Positions 47,028 to 55,739 of a DNA stretch of 64,000 bases are shown piece by piece. Location of the stretch: NCBI GenBank assembly GCA_045863855.1, contig BTVV01000016.1, positions 16,123 through 80,122 on the forward strand, read 5' to 3'. The position numbers and the translations under genes were made by a program. Source of the stretch: Planctomycetota bacterium. Its GTDB lineage: Bacteria > Planctomycetota > SZUA-567 > H5-PLA8. Every line of letters begins with the position of its first letter. Position 1 is the first letter of the stretch. The notes below the pieces were generated by a model. The model worked only from the letters and a program-made list of their open reading frames with translations, was not told the origin of the DNA and did not search any database.

Positions 47028-47909
47028 TCATCCCACAAATTCATAGGACGGGACGCCGGGGACTTCCATCTTAAAGTGGAAGAGATGACCTGCGTTGGGT
47101 TGGGCATTGAGGTCTTCGGGCTTGAGGTGTTCTTTCGCGGAGGTGATGTAAAGGTCGGTGAATTCGGGGCCGCCGAAAGCGCAAGAGGTGATGTTCTTTG
47201 CGCCGGGGATAAAGATCTCGCCGATCAACTGCCCGGTCTTCGGGTCGAAGCCGCAGACGCGCCCTCCGCCGAACATGGCGACCCAGAGGCGGTCTTGGCT
47301 GTCGATGGCCATGCCGTCGGGCCAACCTTTGTCTTCGGGCACGTTTACGACGGTGCGGCGCGTGGTGATGTTGCCGCTGCGCGGGTTGAAGTCGAACGCC
47401 TCGACCTTGCGTGTCGGTGTATCGATGTAGTACATCGTGCGGCTATCGGCGCTCCAGACGATCCCGTTGCTGCAAGTGATGCCGTCGAGCATCTTGGTCC
47501 ACTTTAGGTCGGGACCGATTCGGTAGAGTGCGGCGGCGCCATTGTCGAACTTGTAGGTGAGCGTGCCGACCCAGAAGCGGCCTTCGGGATCGCACTTGCC
47601 GTCATTGAAACGCGCGGTGGCGTCCACTTCGGGTATTTTCACCAGCATCTCGGTGCGCCCGGTCTCCGGATCGAGGCATGCGATGCCCGGCTGGAGGGCG
47701 ACGAGCAGTCCACCGCTGTTTCGGACGACCACGGTGCCGACGTGATGCTTGACGTCGAAGGCGCGGTTTTCGCCGCTTTGCGGTTCGTACTGAAAGACCT
47801 TGCCGCCCAGGATATCGACCCAGTAGAGCACTTCGTCGACGTGATCCCAGAGCGCGCCTTCGCCTAGATGAGCGCCTTGTTGGACGATCGGTTCGGCTTG
47901 TTTCGGCAT
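47028..47909 (-). CDS. SMP-30/gluconolactonase/LRE family protein
   Basis: LGEGALWD, RFNDGKCDPEGRFW, SNGIVWS, PDGMAID, TSCAFGG. Confidence 0.94.
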   Translation of the reverse strand: MPKQAEPIVQQGAHLGEGALWDHVDEVLYWVDILGGKVFQYEPQSGENRAFDVKHHVGTVVVRNSGGLLVALQPGIACLDPETGRTEMLVKIPEVDATARFNDGKCDPEGRFWVGTLTYKFDNGAAALYRIGPDLKWTKMLDGITCSNGIVWSADSRTMYYIDTPTRKVEAFDFNPRSGNITTRRTVVNVPEDKGWPDGMAIDSQDRLWVAMFGGGRVCGFDPKTGQLIGEIFIPGAKNITSCAFGGPEFTDLYITSAKEHLKPEDLNAQPNAGHLFHFKMEVPGVPSYEFVG

Positions 47910-48066
47910 CGCGGAAACTCCTTAAACGAGTAGCGGGTACGTGCATCTATAGCCTACCTTCGATGCTTCGCGTTGCAGCCGGAAACCGAACGCTTCCTTA
48001 CGATTCACGCGGGCTTCACGCACCCGGTGTGGCATTCGCGGAGCGCGATCGCGTAGAATGCGCGGT

Positions 48067-48810
48067 ATGAGGGGGCTCATCGGTCCGCTGGTTTGTGTGG
48101 CGCTTGCTTTGCTGGTGCTCTGGTCGGTCCGTTCGCGCACTCCGGAGGACGTTCCGCCGAAGCCGCCCGCCGCGGCTGAAGCCCAGAGTCTGGCCGCGCG
48201 CCTGTCGCGCGGGCCGGTCCTCTACCGTTGGACAGAAGCGGGTCTGGCGGAGGCGCTGGACCACCACGGCGGCGTCTGGTTCCTGCAGGCGGGCGGGCGC
48301 GTGTACAGCTTCGCGTGGTTCGAACGCTCGGAGTACGTGCGCCCTTGGCCGGCGGTGGAAGGCGTGGGGACGCTGGAAGGCGACGAACTGTACATGGCGT
48401 ACCGCAATGCGACCTACGATCCGTCCCAAGACTTCTATCACGCGCGGGTCCGTTTCGTTTTCGAGCCCGACGCGCGGCGTTTTGAATGCGACTTCCTGCA
48501 GCAGGCTTCGAATACGGGAGCAGCCGACGAAAACTTGTCGCCGGGCGGCGCAAACGGGGTCTGGGTCGCTGAGCCTGGGCTTGAGGATCGCGCGCACCGC
48601 GAGCGGCTGGAGCGGATGCCGGGCTCGTCCTACGCGGACGGGTCGGGGCTGCATCGCGACGTTCCGCGCTGCGCGGTGCTGCCGCAGCGCGCAGCCGAGT
48701 CGGCTTACGAAGTGAACTACGAAGGCCGCGCGTACCGCTTCTGCTGCCCGAGTTGCCGGGAAGTATTCATGCGCCGGCCGGAGGCGTTCCGGGTGAAGGC
48801 GTCCGATTAA
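48067..48810 (+). CDS. Exported/membrane-anchored protein with a C-terminal YHS domain
   Basis: N-terminal hydrophobic helix; C-terminal CAVL...VNYEGRAYRFCCPSCREVF..RPE.F. Confidence 0.75.
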   Translation: MRGLIGPLVCVALALLVLWSVRSRTPEDVPPKPPAAAEAQSLAARLSRGPVLYRWTEAGLAEALDHHGGVWFLQAGGRVYSFAWFERSEYVRPWPAVEGVGTLEGDELYMAYRNATYDPSQDFYHARVRFVFEPDARRFECDFLQQASNTGAADENLSPGGANGVWVAEPGLEDRAHRERLERMPGSSYADGSGLHRDVPRCAVLPQRAAESAYEVNYEGRAYRFCCPSCREVFMRRPEAFRVKASD

Positions 48811-48903
48811 GCTTTATCTGAGTCAGATTTGGATCATACGCGGACTGCGCTGCGCCGGACGGGCGTGTACGTATAGCAGGGCATGCAACGGAAAGGGACG
48901 CGT

Positions 48904-49890
48904 ATGCGAATCGGGCGATGGGCGGCCGGTCTGGTGCTGCTGGCGGCGAGCGCAATAGGCGCGGAAGGCGAGACGAAAGACCTCTTCGCGGCGCCGGTGG
49001 CGCTTGCCGATGCCGCGGGCGTGGCGCTGACCACAGGCCAGGCTCAGGGTTGTCCTTTCGCCGCGGATTACAACGGCGACGGCAAGACCGACTTGATCTT
49101 GGGCGCAAAGCTGGGCATGGATTCGTCGCGTGGCGGGATCTGGTTGATTCCAAATAAAGGCTCGAACGAGCAGCCGGCTTTCGCGTGGGCGGACGCCTGG
49201 CGCGTAAAGCTCGAAGGCGCCGCGGAATTGAACGTCGGCTGCGGCTGCAAATCGAGCGGGCAGGTGCAGCCGGTGGCGATGGACTGGAACGGCGATGGCT
49301 ACCTCGACCTCGTCTATTCGGACACTTATCAGCGCGCGTACCTGCTGCTGAACGATGGCCAGAGTCGCGAGCAGCCGTCGTTCAAGCAGGAAGTCTTCTT
49401 CGATATGGAGAAGAAGAATCACGGGATGTACGCGGGCGGCGGTGACTGGAACGGCGACGGCGTGCTGGACTTCCTGCATATGACCTTCGCGGGCGCGCAG
49501 TTCAAGGTATTTAAAGGCACGGCGCACGGTTCGGGCGGTATCAAGTTCACCGAAGGGGGCTTGCCGATGGCCGAGGTGTTGAAGTTTCACGGCGAGCGTC
49601 CGCGGAAGTGCGCGTGGGCGTGGGACTATTCGGGAACTTCGAAGGCGCGCGGCGTGATCGAATACGTGGGCGTGGCCAAGCGCGCGGAGGGAGGAGAAGA
49701 GATCGCGTACTACGAACTGGCGCAAGGCGAGAGCAAGAAGCTTGCCACGCTGGTCGTGCCCGACGGCCAGACGCCGCTGCTGACGGCCTGCGACCTCAAT
49801 GCCGACGGCAAGAAAGATCTGTTGTATTCGTGCGGGCTATGGAACAACGAACGCGAGAAAACCAAAGTGTATGTGATGTACGGAAAGTAG
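48904..49890 (+). CDS. Secreted FG-GAP/VCBS-repeat protein
   Basis: Signal peptide; four Ca-binding repeats: DYNGDGKTDL, DWNGDGYLDL, DWNGDGVLDF, DLNADGKKDL. Confidence 0.88.
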   Translation: MRIGRWAAGLVLLAASAIGAEGETKDLFAAPVALADAAGVALTTGQAQGCPFAADYNGDGKTDLILGAKLGMDSSRGGIWLIPNKGSNEQPAFAWADAWRVKLEGAAELNVGCGCKSSGQVQPVAMDWNGDGYLDLVYSDTYQRAYLLLNDGQSREQPSFKQEVFFDMEKKNHGMYAGGGDWNGDGVLDFLHMTFAGAQFKVFKGTAHGSGGIKFTEGGLPMAEVLKFHGERPRKCAWAWDYSGTSKARGVIEYVGVAKRAEGGEEIAYYELAQGESKKLATLVVPDGQTPLLTACDLNADGKKDLLYSCGLWNNEREKTKVYVMYGK

Positions 49891-49948
49891 GTTTCGCGAC
49901 GGAGGTCCGCGCCAAACCGAAAAGGAAGGCCCGTACGGAACGAACGAA

Positions 49949-51016
49949 TCAGGGCTTCCCGTACAAATGGGGATGGTTGGAGTGCCAGCGCCATGCGTCT
50001 TCGCAGATGGTCTTGAGATCGCTGCGCGCGGGCTTGAAGGCAAGTGACGCCTGCAGACGCGCGGGATCGGCGACGAGGCGCGGCGGGTCGCCGGGGCGCC
50101 GCTCGCCCACCGTGAAGGGTATGCTGCGGCCGCTGGCGCGTTCGACGGCGCGGATCACTTCCAGCACCGAATGGCCTTGCCCGGTGCCGACGTTGAAGGC
50201 GCCGCTTTCTCCGCCCGCGGCGAGGTATTCGAGCGCGGCGACGTGTGCTTGCGCGAGATCCCAGACGTGGATGTAGTCGCGGATGCCGGTTCCGTCGGGC
50301 GTCTCGTAATCGTTCCCATACACGGTCAGACGTTCGAGCTGTCCGAGGCCCACTCGGCACGCGTTGGGAATCAGGTGCGATTCGGGGTCGTGGGCTTCGC
50401 CCATGTCGCCGCTGGGATGCGCGCCGGCGGCATTGAAGTAGCGCAGGGTGACGAAACGGATGCCGTGTGCGTCGTGGTAGCTTTCGAGCGCGTGTTCGAA
50501 GGCCAGCTTGGTGCGCCCGTAGGGATTGATCGGGCGCAACGAGTGGTCCTCTGTGATGGGGGAGTTTTGCGGATTGCCGTACACGGCGGCCGTGGAACTA
50601 AAAATGAAGCGCGGAACCTTGTAGCGTTTGCAGGCGGCCAGGAGGTTCAGGCCGCCGGTGACGTTGGCGCCGTAATAGGTCTCGGGGTCGCGCACGGATT
50701 CGCCGACGAGCGTAAGTCCGGCGAAATGGAGCACACCCGAAATCTTATGCTGCTTGAAGACGGATTCGACGGCTTTGTCGTCGCGCAGGTCGCCCTGGTA
50801 AAGCTTGAAGTCGCAGGCGCCCATGACGGCTTCGAGGTGCCCGGTGTAGAGGTTGTCGAAGATGACGACGGAATAGCCGGCCTCGCAGAGCGCGCGGACG
50901 GCGTGGCTGCCGATGTAGCCGCAACCGCCGGTGACCAAAACCTCGCCCGAAGGTTGGAGCGCGGGCAGGTGGGCGGTGGATTCACCGGGTTTGGATCCTT
51001 GGAGCGGATGGCTCAC
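49949..51016 (-). CDS. galE: UDP-glucose 4-epimerase
   Basis: VTGGCGYIGSH, FSSTAAVYG, YGRTK, LRYFNAAGA, TPDGTGIRDYIHV. Confidence 0.95.
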   Translation of the reverse strand: MSHPLQGSKPGESTAHLPALQPSGEVLVTGGCGYIGSHAVRALCEAGYSVVIFDNLYTGHLEAVMGACDFKLYQGDLRDDKAVESVFKQHKISGVLHFAGLTLVGESVRDPETYYGANVTGGLNLLAACKRYKVPRFIFSSTAAVYGNPQNSPITEDHSLRPINPYGRTKLAFEHALESYHDAHGIRFVTLRYFNAAGAHPSGDMGEAHDPESHLIPNACRVGLGQLERLTVYGNDYETPDGTGIRDYIHVWDLAQAHVAALEYLAAGGESGAFNVGTGQGHSVLEVIRAVERASGRSIPFTVGERRPGDPPRLVADPARLQASLAFKPARSDLKTICEDAWRWHSNHPHLYGKP

Positions 51017-51043
51017 GTCGGCGTCCTCGATCCGGCGGCCACC

Positions 51044-52078
51044 TTACTGATCCACGCGCATGGCGACGACGGGTTCCATCTTGGCGGCGACGACCGCCGG
51101 ATAGACCGCGCCGACGACGGCGATCGCGGTGCCGATGCCCAGCGCTACGCCGATCCAGCCCAAAAGGCCCGACCACGGCAGGAACTCCACCGCGCCCGAA
51201 CCGTACTCCCAATACAGCTTCCCAAAGCTCATGGCCAGCCCCAGGATGACCCCCAAGGTCGTGCCGATGAAGCCCTGCATGGACGATTCGATCAGGAAGA
51301 GCCTGACGATGAAGCCGTTGAGCGCGCCGAGGCACTTCATCGTGCCGATCTCGCGAAAGCGTTCGGTGACCGACATGAGCATCGAATTGGTGATGCCGAC
51401 GAGCGCGACGAGGAGCGCGAGGCCGATCAGCCAGCGGTTGCGCGCCTGGGCTTCTTCATGCTCCTTGTCGGCGACGGCCGCGGCGGCCATTCCTTGTCCC
51501 TGTGCGGCGGTCATCTCCGTGTACTGCTCGGCGCTGAGTACGTTCTCGCCGCTCTTGATCAATTCGAGGCGCAGTTTTTCCATACCTTTGTAGCGCTGCC
51601 CGGATTGGGTGAGGACCTGCAGCTCGGCGAGGACGTTTTGGGCTTCGGCATGCGTCCTGATCTGCTCGTCTTTGTCGAGCGCGTCGTTCCAGAGCTGCAT
51701 GGAGCGGTCGGCGTCGCCGGCGCGAAGTTCGCGCAGCGGCGCGTCAACCTTAAGGCCGGCCGCTTTCATGGCTTCGAGCTTGGCGAGGAGATCCTTGCGC
51801 GCGGGGGCGGAGGCTTTCTGCAATGCGGCAAGGGCGGGAGGCAGATCGCGCTTGAGCCCGTCGATGACTTCGCCACGGGTAAGGGTGGCCATGAGGAACA
51901 TGATGGCGAGGACCACGCCGCCGGCGGTGATGAGGCTGCGCCAGAAGCGTATCTTGACCGAATTGAGACTGATCTCGATCGCCTTGGAGAGCGGTAGCTG
52001 AGTCTGGCGCGCGATTTCCACGCCTCGGCCGCTGAGGCCGATGCTGTCGGTCGAACTGGTGGACGGTACCTCGGCCAC
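51044..52078 (-). CDS. FtsX/MacB-type ABC transporter permease
   Basis: GITNSMLMSVTERFREIGTMKCLGA and YPA..AAKMEPV.AMR; GTG start with a GGAGG RBS. Confidence 0.88.
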   Translation of the reverse strand: MAEVPSTSSTDSIGLSGRGVEIARQTQLPLSKAIEISLNSVKIRFWRSLITAGGVVLAIMFLMATLTRGEVIDGLKRDLPPALAALQKASAPARKDLLAKLEAMKAAGLKVDAPLRELRAGDADRSMQLWNDALDKDEQIRTHAEAQNVLAELQVLTQSGQRYKGMEKLRLELIKSGENVLSAEQYTEMTAAQGQGMAAAAVADKEHEEAQARNRWLIGLALLVALVGITNSMLMSVTERFREIGTMKCLGALNGFIVRLFLIESSMQGFIGTTLGVILGLAMSFGKLYWEYGSGAVEFLPWSGLLGWIGVALGIGTAIAVVGAVYPAVVAAKMEPVVAMRVDQ

Positions 52079-52195
52079 GGGGCAGTCGGCCTCCCTGGAT
52101 TGGTATGTAACGAACACGGCAGCACGAGTTTGCGCCGCATCGAGCGCTTACGCAAGACCAAATGAGCGATCGTCCATCCGAGTACACCGTTCGGG

Positions 52196-52558
52196 TCAGG
52201 CGGAGGCGTTCGAATCTTCGGGGCCGGGCGGCTTGGAGAGCTTGCGGCCGTGTGGCGCGCCGGTGGGCAACGGGCGCGCGGGCGGAAGTTCTACCGGGGT
52301 CACGAGCGTACGGACTCCGCGCAGCTTGAGCACCAAAAAGACGAAGAGCGCCGCTCCGCAGCCCAAGGCCGCGGTCCACCATGCCCAGTGCTTCGCGCCG
52401 GTCATCAACGCCCAGCACGAAACGAATGCGGCCAGTGCAACGAGGGTTTCCGTTAGAAGCCGCGCGGTACTGGGCGGTGCAGGCTGTTCGGGCAGCGGTC
52501 GCGCCATGTCCGGCGGTCCAAACCGGTCCGGGCGTTGCGGGGGCTCCGGAGCAGACAC
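52196..52558 (-). CDS. Small hypothetical membrane protein (2 TM helices, Pro-rich ends)
   Basis: Two hydrophobic helices; starts 16 bp after rplS on the same strand. Confidence 0.55.
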   Translation of the reverse strand: MSAPEPPQRPDRFGPPDMARPLPEQPAPPSTARLLTETLVALAAFVSCWALMTGAKHWAWWTAALGCGAALFVFLVLKLRGVRTLVTPVELPPARPLPTGAPHGRKLSKPPGPEDSNASA

Positions 52559-52574
52559 GGGGGCGCGCCGGTAC

Positions 52575-53021
52575 TCAGGCGCCCGCGCTGGGCTTCTTGG
52601 GCGCCTGCACCGGCTTTACGGCCTCGCCACGCGGATCGTCGCTCGCCGCATCGCTCGTGGCCAAGGCCAGTCCGCGCTTCTCGGTGACCTTGGTGGCCTT
52701 GCCGATGCGGTCGCGCAGGTAGTACAGCTTGCTGCGGCGCACGCGTCCGCGGCGCTTGACTTCGATCTTGTCGATGCTGGGGCTATGCAGCGGGAAGACG
52801 CGCTCGACGCCCTGCGCTCCGACGAGGCGGCGGACGGTGAAGGAGGCATTGGTCCCGTGCCCGTTCATCGAGATCACCGTGCCGGTGAAAATCTGGATGC
52901 GCTGCTTGTCGCCTTCCACGATCTTGACGTGGATGTCGACGGTATCGCCGATGTTGAAAACATCGCGCCCCTTGGTGAGTTGGGAGTTTTCGACGATCTG
53001 CATCAGTTTATTTCGGGACAT
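52575..53021 (-). CDS. rplS: 50S ribosomal protein L19
   Basis: GDTV..H.KIVEGDKQRIQIF.G, GVERVFPLHSP, VRRSKLYYLR. Confidence 0.98.
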   Translation of the reverse strand: MSRNKLMQIVENSQLTKGRDVFNIGDTVDIHVKIVEGDKQRIQIFTGTVISMNGHGTNASFTVRRLVGAQGVERVFPLHSPSIDKIEVKRRGRVRRSKLYYLRDRIGKATKVTEKRGLALATSDAASDDPRGEAVKPVQAPKKPSAGA

Positions 53022-53028
53022 GGCCAGC

Positions 53029-53766
53029 CTACCTCTCGGGCGGGGCGTCGCGGTTTGCGCCGTCCCCTGGTTCCTGGTTTTCGATCAGGTCGGGCCGCAA
53101 CCGCGCGGTACGTTCGCGCGCCTGCTCCCGCCTCCACCGTTCCACCTTGCCGTGGTCCCCGCTGACCAGCACCTCGGGAACGCTGCGGCCCTCGAATTCC
53201 GCCGGACGGGTGTACTGCGGATACTCCAGCAGCCCGCCGTTTTCCTCTCCGAACGACTCCCAGACGACGCTCTCATCGTCGCCCAGCACGCCCGGCTGCA
53301 GGCGCGCGACGGCATCGATGACCACCATCGCCGGCAACTCTCCGCCGGTGAGCACGTAGTCGCCGATCGAGACGCGCTCCGCTCCGAGAATCTCGACGAT
53401 CCGCTCGTCGTAACCCTCGTAGCGTGGAGCGATCAGAATCAGCCGCTCTTCGCCCGCCAGCTCCCGCGCCAGGGCCTGATCGAAAACCCGCCCCTGCGGG
53501 CACATCAACAAAACCCGTCCCGATTGCCCGGGCTGCAGCGCCTGAACCGCTCGCACCGCCCGCACTACCGGTTCGACCTTCAGGACCATTCCGGGGCCGC
53601 CGCCGAAAGGCCGGTCGTCCACCTTATGGTGCTTGTCGGTCGTGTACTCGCGCAGGTCGGTGAGGACGACCTGCAGCAATCCCTTCTCCTGCGCAATACG
53701 CCAAATCGAGGTCGAAACCACGCCCGCAAACATCTCGGGAAAGATTGTGATGACGTCGACGCGCAT
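53029..53766 (-). CDS. trmD: tRNA (guanine37-N1)-methyltransferase
   Basis: VDDRPFGGGPGMV, RYEGYDER, SIGDYVLTGGE, LEYPQYTRP, VPEVLVSGDH. Confidence 0.98.
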   Translation of the reverse strand: MRVDVITIFPEMFAGVVSTSIWRIAQEKGLLQVVLTDLREYTTDKHHKVDDRPFGGGPGMVLKVEPVVRAVRAVQALQPGQSGRVLLMCPQGRVFDQALARELAGEERLILIAPRYEGYDERIVEILGAERVSIGDYVLTGGELPAMVVIDAVARLQPGVLGDDESVVWESFGEENGGLLEYPQYTRPAEFEGRSVPEVLVSGDHGKVERWRREQARERTARLRPDLIENQEPGDGANRDAPPER

Positions 53767-53810
53767 CGCCGGGGGCCCCTGATGCCGGCCGCCCTAAGGT
53801 TCGCGGCCGC

Positions 53811-54119
53811 TTACGCGGATTTCTTCTTGGCCTTTGCGCGGCGCTTTTCGTGCGCCTGCCGGGTTGCTTCGAGGACGTTGAGTCCTACCTTCTTGAGCAG
53901 ATGCACGACCGACTCGGTCGGCTGCGCGCCGTGGCTGAGCCAATGCTGCACGCGATCCTTGTCGATCAGCACCTTCTTGTCGTCGCTGGTCGCGGTCGGG
54001 TCGTAATTGCCCAACTTTTCGAGGTAACGACCTTGGCGCTTGACGCGCGCATCAGTCAACACAATGCGGTACTGCGCGGCGTTGCGCCGGCCCGTCCGAA
54101 GCAATCGAATCTTAACCAC
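53811..54119 (-). CDS. rpsP: 30S ribosomal protein S16
   Basis: VKIRL.R.GR, YRIV..DAR..R.GR..E.LG.YDP, WL..GAQPTE; GTG start with a GGAGGT RBS. Confidence 0.97.
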   Translation of the reverse strand: MVKIRLLRTGRRNAAQYRIVLTDARVKRQGRYLEKLGNYDPTATSDDKKVLIDKDRVQHWLSHGAQPTESVVHLLKKVGLNVLEATRQAHEKRRAKAKKKSA

Positions 54120-54219
54120 GTCCCGACACCTCCCAGACATCCGGCTCACAAGCCCAACAAACCCCCTCGGGTCGCCCAGCCGGCGCCCGCCGACAAAGCT
54201 CCACGCACAAGGGCATCAG

Positions 54220-54247
54220 AGTGTAGTTACCGGCGCGCCCAAGTCAA
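54220..54247 (-). promoter_or_regulatory. Candidate sigma70 promoter of the rpsP-trmD-rplS operon
   Basis: TTGACT-16 nt-TACACT on the minus strand. Confidence 0.55.
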
Positions 54248-54374
54248 TTCCCGTTCGTCGGTTATCGGAATTGAGCATTGAGAGCACCAATGGATGAGTA
54301 TGCACTATGTGTAATCCCAAAAGGCGATCAGGATATTGCGCTATACTTCACCTTGCAAGGAGGACTCACCCCCC

Positions 54375-54680
54375 ATGCCATGCGGTTGTTTTCTTGTCCT
54401 GCTGGGCATGCCACGAGCGGCGATCTTCGTGACGTGGCTGATCGGCTGGTTCGGCCCGGCCTTCCAGACCGGTCTGATGCCGCTGCTGGGATTTCTGTTC
54501 ATGCCCTGGACGGCTCTATGCTACGCCGCCGCGTGGCATGACCTGAACGGCCAGCCTTACACACTGCTGTGGAAGATCCTGATCACCGTGGCGATCCTGG
54601 CGGACCTCGGGGTCATCGGCGGCAGCGCGAACGAGCAGCGCCGGCGCCAGCAGGCGACGACAGTGCGCGTCGTGGAATAG
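54375..54680 (+). CDS. Small hypothetical membrane protein
   Basis: AGGAGG RBS and an upstream TATACT; three hydrophobic segments with PR and LGFLFMPWT.L.Y motifs. Confidence 0.75.
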   Translation: MPCGCFLVLLGMPRAAIFVTWLIGWFGPAFQTGLMPLLGFLFMPWTALCYAAAWHDLNGQPYTLLWKILITVAILADLGVIGGSANEQRRRQQATTVRVVE

Positions 54681-54682
54681 CC

Positions 54683-55711
54683 TCAACCCTGCAGCCACTT
54701 TGCCAGAACATCCACCGCCGCCTTGAGATCCTTCTTATGGACGCTCTCGGTGGTGGTGTGGATGTAGCGCGTGGGGACGGAGAGCGTGAAGACGCGCTTG
54801 GCCCGTCCGCTGCGCTGGATCGAAGAAGCGTCGGTGCCTCCGCGCGGCAGAATCTCGATCTGGTGGGGAATCTTTCCTTTCCGCGCGGCCTTGAGGAACT
54901 CGTCGAAGAGTTCGCGCGTCGAGATGCTTCCGCCGTCCATGATCTTTAAGGCCACGCCCTTGCCGAACTCGCTGACGGCCAGGTCTTTGCTGACGCCGGG
55001 CGTGTCGCAGGCGAGGGTGGTGTCGATGGCGATGCCATCGTCAGGGTCGATTCCGAAGGCGGCGACGCCCGCTCCGCGGCAGCCGACTTCTTCCTGCGCC
55101 GCGCCAACGTAGTAGATATCGAAGGGGCTCTTGTTGCCGGCCTTGCGGATGGCGTTGATCGCCACCCAGCTCGCGATGCGGTTGTCCATCGACTTGCCGG
55201 TGACGACGTCGCCGATCTCGACGGTTTCCTGCCAGAGCGTGACGGGGTCGCCGACCTGGACGAGTTTCTCGACTTCCTTCTTGGGCAGGAAGAGATCGAC
55301 GTAGAATTCGCCGACGTCGTAGGTTTTCTTCTTTTCGTCGTCGGATGCGATGTGGATGGGCTTGCCGCTGGGATTGAGTACGCCCAGGAGATCGCGCTTG
55401 CCCTGGACGACGACGCGGCGGCTGAAGAGGTTTCGCGTGTCGAAGCCGCCGACGTTCTGGAGCCGCAAGAAACCGTTGTCGTCGATGAACTTTACGTAGA
55501 AGCCGATCTCGTCGAGGTGGCAGGCGAGCATGACCTTGCGCGGCGGCTTCTTGCCGCGCTTGGCGGCGCGCTTGACGCCGATCAGGTTGCCCATGGGATC
55601 GGTGTCCCATTCGTCGAAGAGGCCCTCGGCCTCTTTCTGGATGAGCGCGCGGACGCGCTCTTCGCGCCCCGGCACGCCGCCAATTTCAGTGAGTGCTTTG
55701 AGGAATTGCAT
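54683..55711 (-). CDS. M42 family metallo-aminopeptidase
   Basis: CHLDEIG, GKSMDNR, QEEVG.RGA, GGTDA, PTRYIH. Confidence 0.94.
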   Translation of the reverse strand: MQFLKALTEIGGVPGREERVRALIQKEAEGLFDEWDTDPMGNLIGVKRAAKRGKKPPRKVMLACHLDEIGFYVKFIDDNGFLRLQNVGGFDTRNLFSRRVVVQGKRDLLGVLNPSGKPIHIASDDEKKKTYDVGEFYVDLFLPKKEVEKLVQVGDPVTLWQETVEIGDVVTGKSMDNRIASWVAINAIRKAGNKSPFDIYYVGAAQEEVGCRGAGVAAFGIDPDDGIAIDTTLACDTPGVSKDLAVSEFGKGVALKIMDGGSISTRELFDEFLKAARKGKIPHQIEILPRGGTDASSIQRSGRAKRVFTLSVPTRYIHTTTESVHKKDLKAAVDVLAKWLQG

Positions 55712-55739
55712 GGGGATCTGGGCTCCACGTGACTGGGGT

